A stretch of DNA of 64,000 nt from Bacteroidales bacterium (GCA_017934545.1 JAGBJI010000010.1:32396-96395); one strand, 5' to 3'. Shown: positions 38,364-47,646, counted from the first letter of the stretch. Numbers and translations are program-made. Notes: a model not told the origin generated them from the sequence alone.

Positions 38364-38978
38364 ATGGAACTGAAAATTATAGGCACTATAGAACGGTTTA
38401 TCTCTGGAGATTGGGGAGAAGAACAATATTCAGAACACACACCATGTAAGGTCGTGTGTGTGCGTGGTGCAGACATTGTACCCATAGAAAGCAATGACTT
38501 CACACATATTCCCACACGATATATTAGCAAGCATTCGTTTCGCACCAAATGCTTGCAAGCAGGTGATATTGTTGTTGAGAAGTCAGGTGGCAGTCCTACC
38601 CAATCAACGGGACGGGTTGCCTATATATCTCAGGAACTGATAGATGCTGTTGGTTCCGTAGTGTGCTCAAACTTCTGTATCGCCTTTAGGGTTAAAGACA
38701 AGTGGAACCCGCTCTATATCTACTACTATCTGCAATGTGTATATAACAACGGCGTATTCTTTAACTTTGAAGGAAAGACTTCGGGTTTGAAGAATCTTCA
38801 ATTGGAAGCAGCCTATCAAGCAGTTCCAATTGAAGATATAGATAAAACGGAACAAGACAAGGTTGTTGCCGTTTTAGACGGTATCCATCGTAAAATAAAT
38901 ATTAACCGTGCGATAAATCAGAATTTAGCGACACCTGACCGTTCATCAAGAGTGGCAGAAGTTCGTCGCGCTGCTTAG
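38364..38978 (+). CDS. hsdS': Convergent hsdS half-gene (alternative N-terminal TRD ending in the central NRAINQNL core)
   Basis: ATG 2 nt after the yhcG stop. TRD related to the 35314-36097 cassette (GDWG...RGADIV...SGGSPTQSTGR...CSNFC...EGKTSGLKN). The reading frame enters the 27-bp IR at 38902-38928 in the same codon phase as hsdS. Confidence 0.7.
   Translation: MELKIIGTIERFISGDWGEEQYSEHTPCKVVCVRGADIVPIESNDFTHIPTRYISKHSFRTKCLQAGDIVVEKSGGSPTQSTGRVAYISQELIDAVGSVVCSNFCIAFRVKDKWNPLYIYYYLQCVYNNGVFFNFEGKTSGLKNLQLEAAYQAVPIEDIDKTEQDKVVAVLDGIHRKININRAINQNLATPDRSSRVAEVRRAA
38902..38928. repeat. 27-bp perfect inverted repeat, left arm (contains core s3)
   Basis: TTAACCGTGCGATAAATCAGAATTTAG is the exact reverse complement of 39561-39587. 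Confidence 0.95.
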
Positions 38979-40119
38979 TCAATTCCTCACATTCGTTTTT
39001 TACTTGTTTTATCTTGTAAAACAGTGGTGTAATTGCTTCATCGAACTTCTGTAGCAAACTAATGTCGGGCAGTAATACTGATATGGAATACAGAGTTGAT
39101 GCGGTCATACTTGGTACTCCTGTGCCAGAGTCCCATATTGTAAAGTCAATGTCCTTGATAGTAAAGAAAACATATTTAGCACAATGAGGAACTTTCATTT
39201 CTGAATAAAACATTGTGTCAACCGTCCAAAAGGTTTCGTTTACATACATGATGTTGTTTAACGTACCCTTTCTTGGCATTAAGACTGACTCCCCCGTATA
39301 TAAGCTCTCATTTACCCTACGCATTTCACCACCGCTACCATAAACAGGATATAATCCAGATGCCAAGTGCTTATGGTCACGTCCGTTTTTTATGGTCAAA
39401 AAATGCTCTAACGTACAATTATTCCATCCATCAGGTATTTCACGTTTTAGTTTCTCATTCAATACCATAGCACCACCACTACTTTTGTATGGTTTGCCTT
39501 TCTCGTTGGGGAAGTCAAACTGCACAAACCAGTAGTCGTAGAGTTGTTTGGCGAGTGCTTCTAAATTCTGATTTATCGCACGGTTAAGGGCAATCTTCTT
39601 GTCTAATGCCGAGAAAATTTCGCCAATACGCTTTTGCTCCTCTAACGACGGGAGCAATAAAGGCATATTTTCAAGAGTATCAATCGATAGCGTATATCTC
39701 ATACCGCTACCTGTAGCATTCAGTTCAAAATATCTCTGTATATAGGCAGAGTGCATAAAAGCATTGAGATACTTTCCGCATAGTTTTGTCTCGTCAGGAG
39801 TAATCAGGGCACAATGATAACCAAGCAGCACATTATCGAAGTTATCAGCAATATAGGTCGGGATACCAATGTCATCCCTCGTCTCACTATCCTTGGTGAA
39901 GGCTACTTGTCCTTTCTTGATAGTGAACTTTTTTATTTCCTTAGTATTTGCCGAAGCTTCCATAAATGAGCTTGTCATTTCTCTTGTAATAGCCCAATTA
40001 TGATACACATCTGTAAAGTTGCATAATTTTACAGGCGTTTCGTTTTCCTTCGTCTTTTTATCAACGCTGCTTATCTCAACCTTAGCAACGTCAGATAACT
40101 TGTATCTTATAAGTTTCAT
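38902..40119 (-). CDS. hsdS: Type I restriction-modification specificity subunit
   Basis: 405 aa. Two TRDs separated by LNRAINQNLEALAKQLYDYWFVQFDFP and ending in LPLLMNGQVSLNSDL. Downstream of hsdM in the same orientation. Confidence 0.9.
   Translation of the reverse strand: MKLIRYKLSDVAKVEISSVDKKTKENETPVKLCNFTDVYHNWAITREMTSSFMEASANTKEIKKFTIKKGQVAFTKDSETRDDIGIPTYIADNFDNVLLGYHCALITPDETKLCGKYLNAFMHSAYIQRYFELNATGSGMRYTLSIDTLENMPLLLPSLEEQKRIGEIFSALDKKIALNRAINQNLEALAKQLYDYWFVQFDFPNEKGKPYKSSGGAMVLNEKLKREIPDGWNNCTLEHFLTIKNGRDHKHLASGLYPVYGSGGEMRRVNESLYTGESVLMPRKGTLNNIMYVNETFWTVDTMFYSEMKVPHCAKYVFFTIKDIDFTIWDSGTGVPSMTASTLYSISVLLPDISLLQKFDEAITPLFYKIKQVKNECEELTKQRDELLPLLMNGQVSLNSDLSHG
39561..39587. repeat. 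27-bp perfect inverted repeat, right arm (contains core s4)
   Basis: CTAAATTCTGATTTATCGCACGGTTAA, in the central conserved region of hsdS. Confidence 0.95.
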
Positions 40120-40131
40120 AACTCAATTTCT

Positions 40132-40929
40132 TTAGAAAGGCAAGTTGTCATCATCCCACACAGGAGATGCACTATTTGCCTCAGAGGGGTATTTCGTTTT
40201 ATAGTAATTCAAAAGGAATAAGCCAACCGTTGTTACTGCGTTTATTATAAAATAGGCATATATGGAGTCTGTGACAATATAATTCCCATCTACCTTTCCA
40301 TGGAGTATGGTCTTGTCACTGCGCAAGTCTTCTATAGCTCTACCACAGTTAATTAAGGAACTTGCTATTGTCCTGATTTCAGTTGGACAGGAGCTGTCTG
40401 TATTTAACTGAAAAGCCTTGCAAATTGATTTTATCAGAGAAGATAATGTGTCCTTATCCCATTGTATACTAATTCTTTTGTCTTTGAGTATTTCCTTGAT
40501 AATACTCTCTAATGCAGAATTTGCCAACCCAATGGCAAGGCTTGGGTCTTCCTCAACGTTTTTAAATGCTTTGTCAAAGGTTTGACTGGCCATTTCATAA
40601 CTTGATTTAAGTTCATTCTTGAATGTAGGAATGCATGGAACATAATCAGGAGTTTCAATTCCAAGATCAATAGCCATTTTTATTAAGGTTTCCCCATCTA
40701 CGTAATGCAAAGTTTTCTTTACATCAATCTTTTTGCGCTCATTGTCTTTGAAAACGATAGGGAAGTTCTCGTTGTCCCCAAAAGAATCATATATTTCATG
40801 CCACTTTTCTATATAATTCTCAACATCATCATAGCTTCTGTATAGTTCAAATAAGCGGTCATTGATGTTTTGGATGATGCTCATTTGATATTTTGGAGAA
40901 ATCTTGGTGTTCATCTCAGTAGTTCTCAA
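40132..40929 (-). CDS. Abortive-infection family protein (Abi_C-like C-terminus) embedded between hsdM and hsdS
   Basis: C-terminal ...AIEDLRSDKTILHGKVDG... resembles the Abi_C LR....HG motif. AT-richer by eye than the flanking hsd genes. Confidence 0.5.
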   Translation of the reverse strand: MRTTEMNTKISPKYQMSIIQNINDRLFELYRSYDDVENYIEKWHEIYDSFGDNENFPIVFKDNERKKIDVKKTLHYVDGETLIKMAIDLGIETPDYVPCIPTFKNELKSSYEMASQTFDKAFKNVEEDPSLAIGLANSALESIIKEILKDKRISIQWDKDTLSSLIKSICKAFQLNTDSSCPTEIRTIASSLINCGRAIEDLRSDKTILHGKVDGNYIVTDSIYAYFIINAVTTVGLFLLNYYKTKYPSEANSASPVWDDDNLPF

Positions 40930-40940
40930 TTAAATATAAA

Positions 40941-42599
40941 TCAATTGTCTGCCAATTTCAGGGATGCCAACTGCTCCATAATTTCCTCTTCCAAGCGGTG
41001 GCTCACGGCAAACTGTTCGGTTAGTGTCTGTTTGTAGTTGGCAATGCGGCTGTTGAATTCTTCTTCCGTAATATCCACATAGTCAATCTTGATGTCAAAA
41101 TACTGTCCAGCAGAGAGACTGTAGTTCTTTTCCTTAATCTCATCGTAAGTAACGGCTACTGAGAAATCATCAACGGATTGCTTGTCAAGGAACGTGTTGA
41201 CAATCAAATCTACTTCCGCATCAAGCAGGCGACGCTTCTGGTTGTTGCCCTCTTTGTACTCTTCGCCCAGCTTGCTGGCATCAATCAGGATAACCTTGTC
41301 GGCTTTTGCCGACTTGTCGAAGAAGATGACAGACACATTGGTGCCTGTCGTGGCAAACACATTGCTGGGCATAGACACACAGCCATAGACCCAACGTTCA
41401 TCGACAATGCGCTGGAGGATGCGTTTCTCCACACCACTCTTGGCAGTAATGAAACCAGTAGGAATCACTACAGCAGCCTTTCCACCATTCGTCTTTAGTG
41501 AGTTTAGCACATGTTGGAGAAAGCATGTGTAGATAGCCATCTTGGGCTTGTTGGGGTCAACCTTAGTAACGGCATTGGGAACACCTGCCCAAAAGCGGAT
41601 GGAATCAGAGGCTAAGGTGTCGCGGTATTCTGGGAAGTCAAGTTTGAAAGGAGGATTGCTGACAATGAAGTCAAACTTCTTTAAGGTGCCGTTGCTCTCC
41701 TTGTGCGAAGGTTCTGTCAGTGTGTTACCCTGCACCACATTTGGCAGCGAGGCTGAGAGGTTGTTGAGGATGAGATTTAAGCGCAGCATCTCGCTCGACT
41801 TCTCAGAAATGTCCTGACTGAATATGGAACAACGGTCTTCCCCAATTTGGTGAGCCAAAGCCATGAGCAAGGTACCCGTACCAGCGGATGGGTCGTAGCA
41901 GGTGATACCACGAAGGTTAGTGTCACGACCAACCAGCAGCCGAGCCATCACCTGCGCAATGGCACGTGGGGTGTAGTATTCTGCGTATTTCCCCCCCCCT
42001 CCGGCATTGTTAAAGCCTTTCAGCAGATGCTCAAAAATGCGAGAAAAGAAATCGTACTTCTCAGCAAACACCTCTTCAAAGTTGAACGATGCCACATTGC
42101 GCATTAGCGATTTGGCAAACTCGTCACGCTTCTGTGTGTCGGTGACGTAGGTTGTAACAGGACTGAAAATGTTTACTTTGCTCTTGCCCGATGTGGTGAC
42201 AGAAAATGTTTCAGCGTTCACACTGGCTATATCAATCAGCGTGGCATCGAGCATGGTTGAAAAGTCTCCTTTCGTGGCTGAATTATAGAGATGGGACAAG
42301 GTGTGCTCTGGCTTTAGCCGTGGCACTGATGCTGGCAGATAGCTAAAGAGGTCTTCAACATCTCCATCGGTAAAGGTGTCATACTCTGCATCCCATTTCT
42401 CCGCCTTCGACAGTCGGTCGCCATAGACGGGATTACGTTTGGCTTCGTAACCGAACTTGTCGTTGAAGAACTTATAGAGGAACATTTCTGTCACGATTTT
42501 GTATTCGCTGCCCGTTCCTGCCAGTCCGAATGCTCCTGTTGTACTCTTCAGAGAGTCAATGAGGGCAATGGTTGCTTCTGTTATGTTGATACTGCTCAT
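40941..42599 (-). CDS. hsdM: Type I restriction-modification DNA methyltransferase subunit
   Basis: GKYAEYYTPR, DPSAGTG (motif I) and SNPPF (motif IV, N6-adenine MTase). Confidence 0.93.
   Translation of the reverse strand: MSSINITEATIALIDSLKSTTGAFGLAGTGSEYKIVTEMFLYKFFNDKFGYEAKRNPVYGDRLSKAEKWDAEYDTFTDGDVEDLFSYLPASVPRLKPEHTLSHLYNSATKGDFSTMLDATLIDIASVNAETFSVTTSGKSKVNIFSPVTTYVTDTQKRDEFAKSLMRNVASFNFEEVFAEKYDFFSRIFEHLLKGFNNAGGGGKYAEYYTPRAIAQVMARLLVGRDTNLRGITCYDPSAGTGTLLMALAHQIGEDRCSIFSQDISEKSSEMLRLNLILNNLSASLPNVVQGNTLTEPSHKESNGTLKKFDFIVSNPPFKLDFPEYRDTLASDSIRFWAGVPNAVTKVDPNKPKMAIYTCFLQHVLNSLKTNGGKAAVVIPTGFITAKSGVEKRILQRIVDERWVYGCVSMPSNVFATTGTNVSVIFFDKSAKADKVILIDASKLGEEYKEGNNQKRRLLDAEVDLIVNTFLDKQSVDDFSVAVTYDEIKEKNYSLSAGQYFDIKIDYVDITEEEFNSRIANYKQTLTEQFAVSHRLEEEIMEQLASLKLADN
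41991..41999. repeat. C9/G9 homopolymer inside hsdM (in frame, encodes GGG of NAGGGGKY)
   Basis: Nine consecutive C on the plus strand. Confidence 0.95.
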
Positions 42600-42604
42600 A
42601 ATCG

Positions 42605-45600
42605 TTAATATGCGTAATTGTATTGTTGTAGATATTCTGTGGTTATCAGGTTATTGATGTACTTGCGGTCTTGCAAGTCTGCCCGAATGTTCATATCGAA
42701 GAGTTCCTTGCCTACGATAGCAAGAATGTCCCGCTTGAAGGCTTCCTCATTATCCAGAATGTTGATGTTGAGGAATAACATGGTGTCAATGGCTGATTTC
42801 ATCTGTGCCAGATTTTCTGCTATCTCATATTCATGGGTAGAGATGATGGGGCGTTCACGGTGATGGTTCGCCTCTTCCAGACGCTTGTGGATGCGGACAA
42901 ATCGCTCGTCGCCTTTATACTTTTTCTTCAAGACATTGTTGCGACGGTTGATTTCCCGAATCTTCTTCATCACTTCTTCCATATAGGCGATACTTTCACG
43001 GGCTTCGTTGGTGCTTTGCGGAACAAACCCACGCTTTCGGAAATATTCGCGGAACTCGTCGGCAAGAATCACATATTGTTCTTCTTTCTGGTCGAAGTTG
43101 GCTTCAAACTCTGCTTGGACACGCTCGCAACGTTCACGGATGTCGTTGACGATGATGCGCAGTTCCTCAGGCACTCCTTTCTTAAACTCAAATTCAAGTT
43201 CAGACAGTGCCACATTAATAATGCCAGAGACATCTGCCTTGTGTTCTGTGCTTTCAAGCAAATTGATACGCTCTATACGGTGGGTTACTTCGGTAATCAG
43301 CGTAGGTATGGCGCCAATAGGCAGCTTCCTCAGTTGCTTCTTGGTCTCGTCATCGCCAAAGGAGCGCACCTGATTGATCATGGCTTTGGCTTCTGCCAGC
43401 GTGTTACGCAGTTCATAGAGACTGTCTTTCGACTCTACTTCGTCAATCTCTTTGCGGAATTCCTCCAGATTGTCGGTCGTAAAGTTGAAGAGCAGGCTCT
43501 TGACTTGTTTGATTTTCTCTTCTACTTCCTCTTTGTCAACCAAGACGACTTGCCCGATGGGCTGTTCTTGGGGTGCATCTTCGTCGGAAGTCCTGTTCAG
43601 TTCCCGGAGATAGCGGTCATTCGTAGCATCGAAGTTCTCCTTGATGTTGACGAAATCAACCACATATCCATATCTGAAGTCTTTGTAAGGGCGGTTGACG
43701 CGAGTCAGAGCTTGGAGCAGGTCGTACCCGTCAAGAGAACGACCGAGATACAGTTTCTTCAGGCGTGGGGCATCAAAGCCTGTAAGCAGCATCTTATTGA
43801 CAATCAAAATATCCACATCCATCAGTTTCTTAAAACCGTCAATATACTCTTTTCGTTCCAGTTTGTCACCTTCATCATGTAGGATAAGTGATGCGGTCAG
43901 GGGTTTGTAACTGTCGGCAACAAGCATCGGCTCGGCTGCCATGCCCAACTGTTCTTCGTGTGCCAAGGTTACTTGTTTAGCCCGATGGAACCTCTGTTGC
44001 CAAAGACGGTACAGTTCACGGGCTTGTGGATTGGTCTTACACACAATCATGGCACCAACGCTATTGTCAGCCTGTTCAGTTCTAAATCGCCTGAAATCGG
44101 CAATGATGTAGTCTAAAAGCGCATTTAGATAACTCTCGTGCTCTATAATCTTGTTGCGGTCAATGTCGCTCTTCTTGACTTCTACACTACCAGCAAGTTC
44201 GTCGAGGATGCTTTCTATTCGCTCCTTATAGATGGTCTCAACGGGTTCTCGCATCAACTTTCGTGTATATCCGTCGGCAATGGACTTGTCGTAATAGTAG
44301 GTGTGAATGTATTTGCCGAACACACGCCACGACTCACGTTCTTCTTTAAGCAGGGGTGTACCCGTCAAAGCCAGTTTTACAGCGTCTTTGTCCGCTTCCA
44401 ATAGGTTGGCGAGAAAACTGCCCTGTGGATTATAGCCTCGGTGTGCCTCGTCTATAAAGAAGATGCGCTGAAGGTGAGTGTTGTAGTTGGTATCAATCTT
44501 TACCTTTTGCTTGTCCTCTTTGAACTTCTGGATATTAACTACCATGATTTCGAGCCGTCCATCGCTATTCTCTGTGATGGATGTATTGCCAATGTCCTTC
44601 ATCAATTCGTCACGGCTCTTGGCATTACGGACAACAAGCCCACGGGCGGCAAATTCGTCCGTTGCCTGTTCCATCAGGTCTATGCGATCTACGATGAAGT
44701 AGAATTTGGCGATGGTGTCTCGACGGGCAAAATAGTCTGTTAAGCATTTAACAGAATAATAAGCCAAAGCCGTTTTGCCGCTTCCTTGCGTGTGCCAGAT
44801 GATGCCACTCTTTGTGCCATTGTCTAAAGTCTTTTGGATAGCCAGCGACGCAAAGAGTTGCTGGTAGCGCATGATGTGCTTCTGCAGTTCCGTTCCTTGT
44901 GTTCCATCTTCCAAATCAATCTTCTTCTCCACATATGCAATACCGTAGCGGAGCAGATACAACAAACGCTCCCTACACAACATGGAGGTAATGATGCGAT
45001 TGGTGGGCGTATCAACCCGCTTGTTGGTTTGGTATTCATCGAGATTCTTGATAACGATACAGTTGCGGTGTTTCAATACTCTGTTTTCCACCTCGTCCAA
45101 AAGCGGTCGGTAGTGATAGTTTGCCACGAAGTCTTTATTTTCCTCCCTGAACACATTGAAGAATGCCTTTCCCTTTGCTGTGCAACAATAAAATGCGCCT
45201 TGTATGGGTACTCGGTTGTCATTGTCGTACTCTTGATTGTTGGAGAAAATCATGAGTTGTGTAATGTTGAAGAAACGACGGAAGCTGCTTTTACTCATAC
45301 GCTTGTTGATGCGCTCTCTTTCTGCCAGAATCCCCTCGTGGTTGTTGGGCTTCTTCACCTCGATAAACACCAAAGGAAGTCCATTGATAAAGCAAGTGAT
45401 GTCTGGGGGGGGGAAATTGTCATCAGTGTCCTTGTTATCGCAAGTAAGTTCAGTAGTGACATGCCAGTCATTATTTTCGGGATGGTCGTAGTCAATGAGT
45501 TTGATGCCGCTGTTTGCAGACAATAGCTGGTAGAACTCCCTTCCTAAATCGTCATTGTTGGCAATGCCCACAATTTTGGACAGCAGAATGGAAACCTCTG

Positions 45601-45769
45601 AACCGGAGATACTTGGATTAAGTCTCTTGACAGCCTCTAAAAAGACATCAACGATGATGTTTGTCTGTGTGTCAAGCACACGAATGTCGTCCAAATAGGT
45701 ATATCCCAACTTGCACAGATGTAGTGCCGCAGGTACTTGTACTCTTGTGTTCTCGTTGAAATTACTCAT
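42605..45769 (-). CDS. hsdR: Type I restriction enzyme endonuclease/helicase subunit
   Basis: 1054 aa. N-terminal nuclease region (FINGLPLVFIEVKK). SF2 helicase motifs (HTQGSGKT, FIDEAHR and TGTP). The start overlaps the stop of the upstream HTH gene. Confidence 0.93.
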   Translation of the reverse strand: MSNFNENTRVQVPAALHLCKLGYTYLDDIRVLDTQTNIIVDVFLEAVKRLNPSISGSEVSILLSKIVGIANNDDLGREFYQLLSANSGIKLIDYDHPENNDWHVTTELTCDNKDTDDNFPPPDITCFINGLPLVFIEVKKPNNHEGILAERERINKRMSKSSFRRFFNITQLMIFSNNQEYDNDNRVPIQGAFYCCTAKGKAFFNVFREENKDFVANYHYRPLLDEVENRVLKHRNCIVIKNLDEYQTNKRVDTPTNRIITSMLCRERLLYLLRYGIAYVEKKIDLEDGTQGTELQKHIMRYQQLFASLAIQKTLDNGTKSGIIWHTQGSGKTALAYYSVKCLTDYFARRDTIAKFYFIVDRIDLMEQATDEFAARGLVVRNAKSRDELMKDIGNTSITENSDGRLEIMVVNIQKFKEDKQKVKIDTNYNTHLQRIFFIDEAHRGYNPQGSFLANLLEADKDAVKLALTGTPLLKEERESWRVFGKYIHTYYYDKSIADGYTRKLMREPVETIYKERIESILDELAGSVEVKKSDIDRNKIIEHESYLNALLDYIIADFRRFRTEQADNSVGAMIVCKTNPQARELYRLWQQRFHRAKQVTLAHEEQLGMAAEPMLVADSYKPLTASLILHDEGDKLERKEYIDGFKKLMDVDILIVNKMLLTGFDAPRLKKLYLGRSLDGYDLLQALTRVNRPYKDFRYGYVVDFVNIKENFDATNDRYLRELNRTSDEDAPQEQPIGQVVLVDKEEVEEKIKQVKSLLFNFTTDNLEEFRKEIDEVESKDSLYELRNTLAEAKAMINQVRSFGDDETKKQLRKLPIGAIPTLITEVTHRIERINLLESTEHKADVSGIINVALSELEFEFKKGVPEELRIIVNDIRERCERVQAEFEANFDQKEEQYVILADEFREYFRKRGFVPQSTNEARESIAYMEEVMKKIREINRRNNVLKKKYKGDERFVRIHKRLEEANHHRERPIISTHEYEIAENLAQMKSAIDTMLFLNINILDNEEAFKRDILAIVGKELFDMNIRADLQDRKYINNLITTEYLQQYNYAY
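45405..45413. repeat. G9/C9 homopolymer inside hsdR (in frame, encodes PPP of DDNFPPPD)
   Basis: Nine consecutive G on the plus strand. Confidence 0.95.
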
Positions 45770-45978
45770 AGATGTCTGATGTTATTACTTATCAAATTCT
45801 GTACTTGCACACCAAGACAGTCTGCAATTTGGAATAGGGTTTCAAGGCTGGGCTGACTGGTGTTAGTACACCATTTTGAAACTGTGGCTTCGTCTTTGCC
45901 CAGTTGTTCTGCCAACCATCTGTTGGTGCGTTTGGTTTCGGCAAGCACCACTTTTAGGCGATTCATATCTCTTGTCAT
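45766..45978 (-). CDS. XRE-family helix-turn-helix protein, translationally coupled to hsdR (possible controller protein)
   Basis: 70 aa. LKVVLAETKRTNRWLAEQLGKDEATVSKW is the HTH_3 pattern. ATGA overlap with hsdR. Confidence 0.75.
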   Translation of the reverse strand: MTRDMNRLKVVLAETKRTNRWLAEQLGKDEATVSKWCTNTSQPSLETLFQIADCLGVQVQNLISNNIRHL

Positions 45979-46004
45979 ACCTTATTATATATACAATGTG
46001 GGTA

Positions 46005-46012
46005 CAAAGATA
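46005..46012 (-). promoter_or_regulatory. -7 box (TATCTTTG on the minus strand) for the HTH-hsdRMS operon, with a second identical box at 46025-46032
   Basis: Plus-strand CAAAGATA occurs twice, 20 bp apart, just upstream of ATG 45978. Confidence 0.4.
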
Positions 46013-46159
46013 GATAAAAATTTCCAAAGATAGGAGAAAATAAGAGAAAAACATCATCAATTAGTGAAAAGTTTTGCGTTTTAGGCAAATTATGAAGGTC
46101 TATGATATGGAATCGGCCCCAAGCCAATCATAGACTTGGGGCTGAAACTTGTAGAAAGG

Positions 46160-46570
46160 TTAATCTTCAAGTTGCTCTGCCAGTTCCTCACCGAGTGGGG
46201 CGAAGTAAAAGGTGCTGTGCTTGATGGGTACTTCCATCAGATTCAGATGGCTGTTAAGTTCCTCGTTGTTCTCAATGGCAAGGAATTCATACCCATAGCG
46301 AGGGGCAACCTGATTCAAGAACTTGGCGAGATTGCGGACGTTGCGCTTCTCGTGGGTCTTGAAGTTGGCTGTGACGAGGATAATGCACTTGTCAGGCAGT
46401 CCGTCGCGTCCTTTACTTCTCTCCCAGAAGCGGACGTAAAGGCTAATGCCATTCTCACGGATAGACACATTGAAGCCAACTTGATGTCTCTCAAATGCGA
46501 TGTCGTCCATACTGATGCCGTAGTTCTGATAGAAATACACGGCGATGTCAAATACTAAATTCTTGTTCAT
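46160..46570 (-). CDS. Hypothetical protein
   Basis: 136-aa clean ORF between the R-M operon and the relaxase gene. No family recognised. Confidence 0.4.
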   Translation of the reverse strand: MNKNLVFDIAVYFYQNYGISMDDIAFERHQVGFNVSIRENGISLYVRFWERSKGRDGLPDKCIILVTANFKTHEKRNVRNLAKFLNQVAPRYGYEFLAIENNEELNSHLNLMEVPIKHSTFYFAPLGEELAEQLED

Positions 46571-46626
46571 AACTTGAAAAATTAAATGGTTAGAAATATA
46601 GGTTGATTGTGTGGTGTGGCTTCTGA

Positions 46627-47646
46627 TTATATTCTTCTGCCACGTTTCTTCTTTTTCTTTAGCCGCTGTTGCTCTACGGCAAATGCAGCCTCTTGTGCTG
46701 CGGTGGCATCATAGCCAGACGGGGTGAACAGTCCACCGATTCCAGAGGCAACACTCTCAATGCTACTTTCCTCGTGCCTCGGTTTCGGTTCTTCCCGTTG
46801 TATAGGAGCCGCTTGCGGTCGGGGTGCTGCCATTGGACGATGCGGTTCATAAGTGTGCTGCGTTTGCTGATACTTCTCCTTGAATTTCTTGTTTCGTTCC
46901 AGTCGTTTCTCAATGTTAGCAAAACTGAACTTACGGTCAATCTTCGAGCCAGAGAACACATGCTTACCCTTGATGCGCTCGAACTTGTTCGCTTCGCTTG
47001 CGAAGAACTTCACACCATCAATCTTATCACCAGTTCTGCTGTACTTGAATTCTGTCATTATCCCTTGCTTGTGAAGGGCTTCACGAAGTTGCTCCCACGA
47101 AGTGGCTTTGGGTAGTTCCTGTTTCAATGCCTCGTAGATGTCGTACTTGGCTCTGTCATGTGGGCGCAATCGCTCTGTGTTCACATGCTCCTTACCGTCT
47201 GCCATATATAGCCCGTACTTTTCTGTCAGTGCTTTGCAAACCTTTTCATTGCGATAGCGGTCATTCTTGTCGGAAATAGTCTTGCCGTTGTTATCCACTC
47301 GGTTGAATACGATGTGGCAATGTGGGTGATTGCGGTCAGTATGGCGGGCTATGATAAACTGTGTATTTCGGATGCCCATCTTTTCCATGTACTCGTAAGC
47401 AATTTTTACCATTAGCCTGTCATCGTTCCGCAGGCGGTCACCATCCTCTGGCGAGAAACTGAGGGAGATATGCCCAACGGTATTCTTCACCTTGTCGTTG
47501 AGCAACGTCTGTAACTCAAACTGCTCTGCCATTTCTTCGGGAGTGCCAGATACACCCTCGCTGGCAAGAAGTCGTGCCTTATCCTCACGAAGTACATAAC
47601 TTACGCAACCAGCAAACTCAGAACCTTTAGTTATCTTTCCTATCAT
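46627..47646 (-). CDS. Relaxase/mobilization nuclease
   Basis: GHISLSFSPED...ARHTDRNHPHCHIVFNRV (HxH relaxase motif). Lys/Arg-rich C-terminus. Confidence 0.85.
   Translation of the reverse strand: MIGKITKGSEFAGCVSYVLREDKARLLASEGVSGTPEEMAEQFELQTLLNDKVKNTVGHISLSFSPEDGDRLRNDDRLMVKIAYEYMEKMGIRNTQFIIARHTDRNHPHCHIVFNRVDNNGKTISDKNDRYRNEKVCKALTEKYGLYMADGKEHVNTERLRPHDRAKYDIYEALKQELPKATSWEQLREALHKQGIMTEFKYSRTGDKIDGVKFFASEANKFERIKGKHVFSGSKIDRKFSFANIEKRLERNKKFKEKYQQTQHTYEPHRPMAAPRPQAAPIQREEPKPRHEESSIESVASGIGGLFTPSGYDATAAQEAAFAVEQQRLKKKKKRGRRI

Noticed and set aside
42833-43882. 349-aa ORF on the plus strand, with others at 44834-45526, 43008-43373 and 44441-44743
   Set aside because: They lie entirely antisense to the well-supported hsdR gene. 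The products are low-complexity and Leu/Val/Phe-rich with no recognisable domain, so they are typical shadow ORFs.
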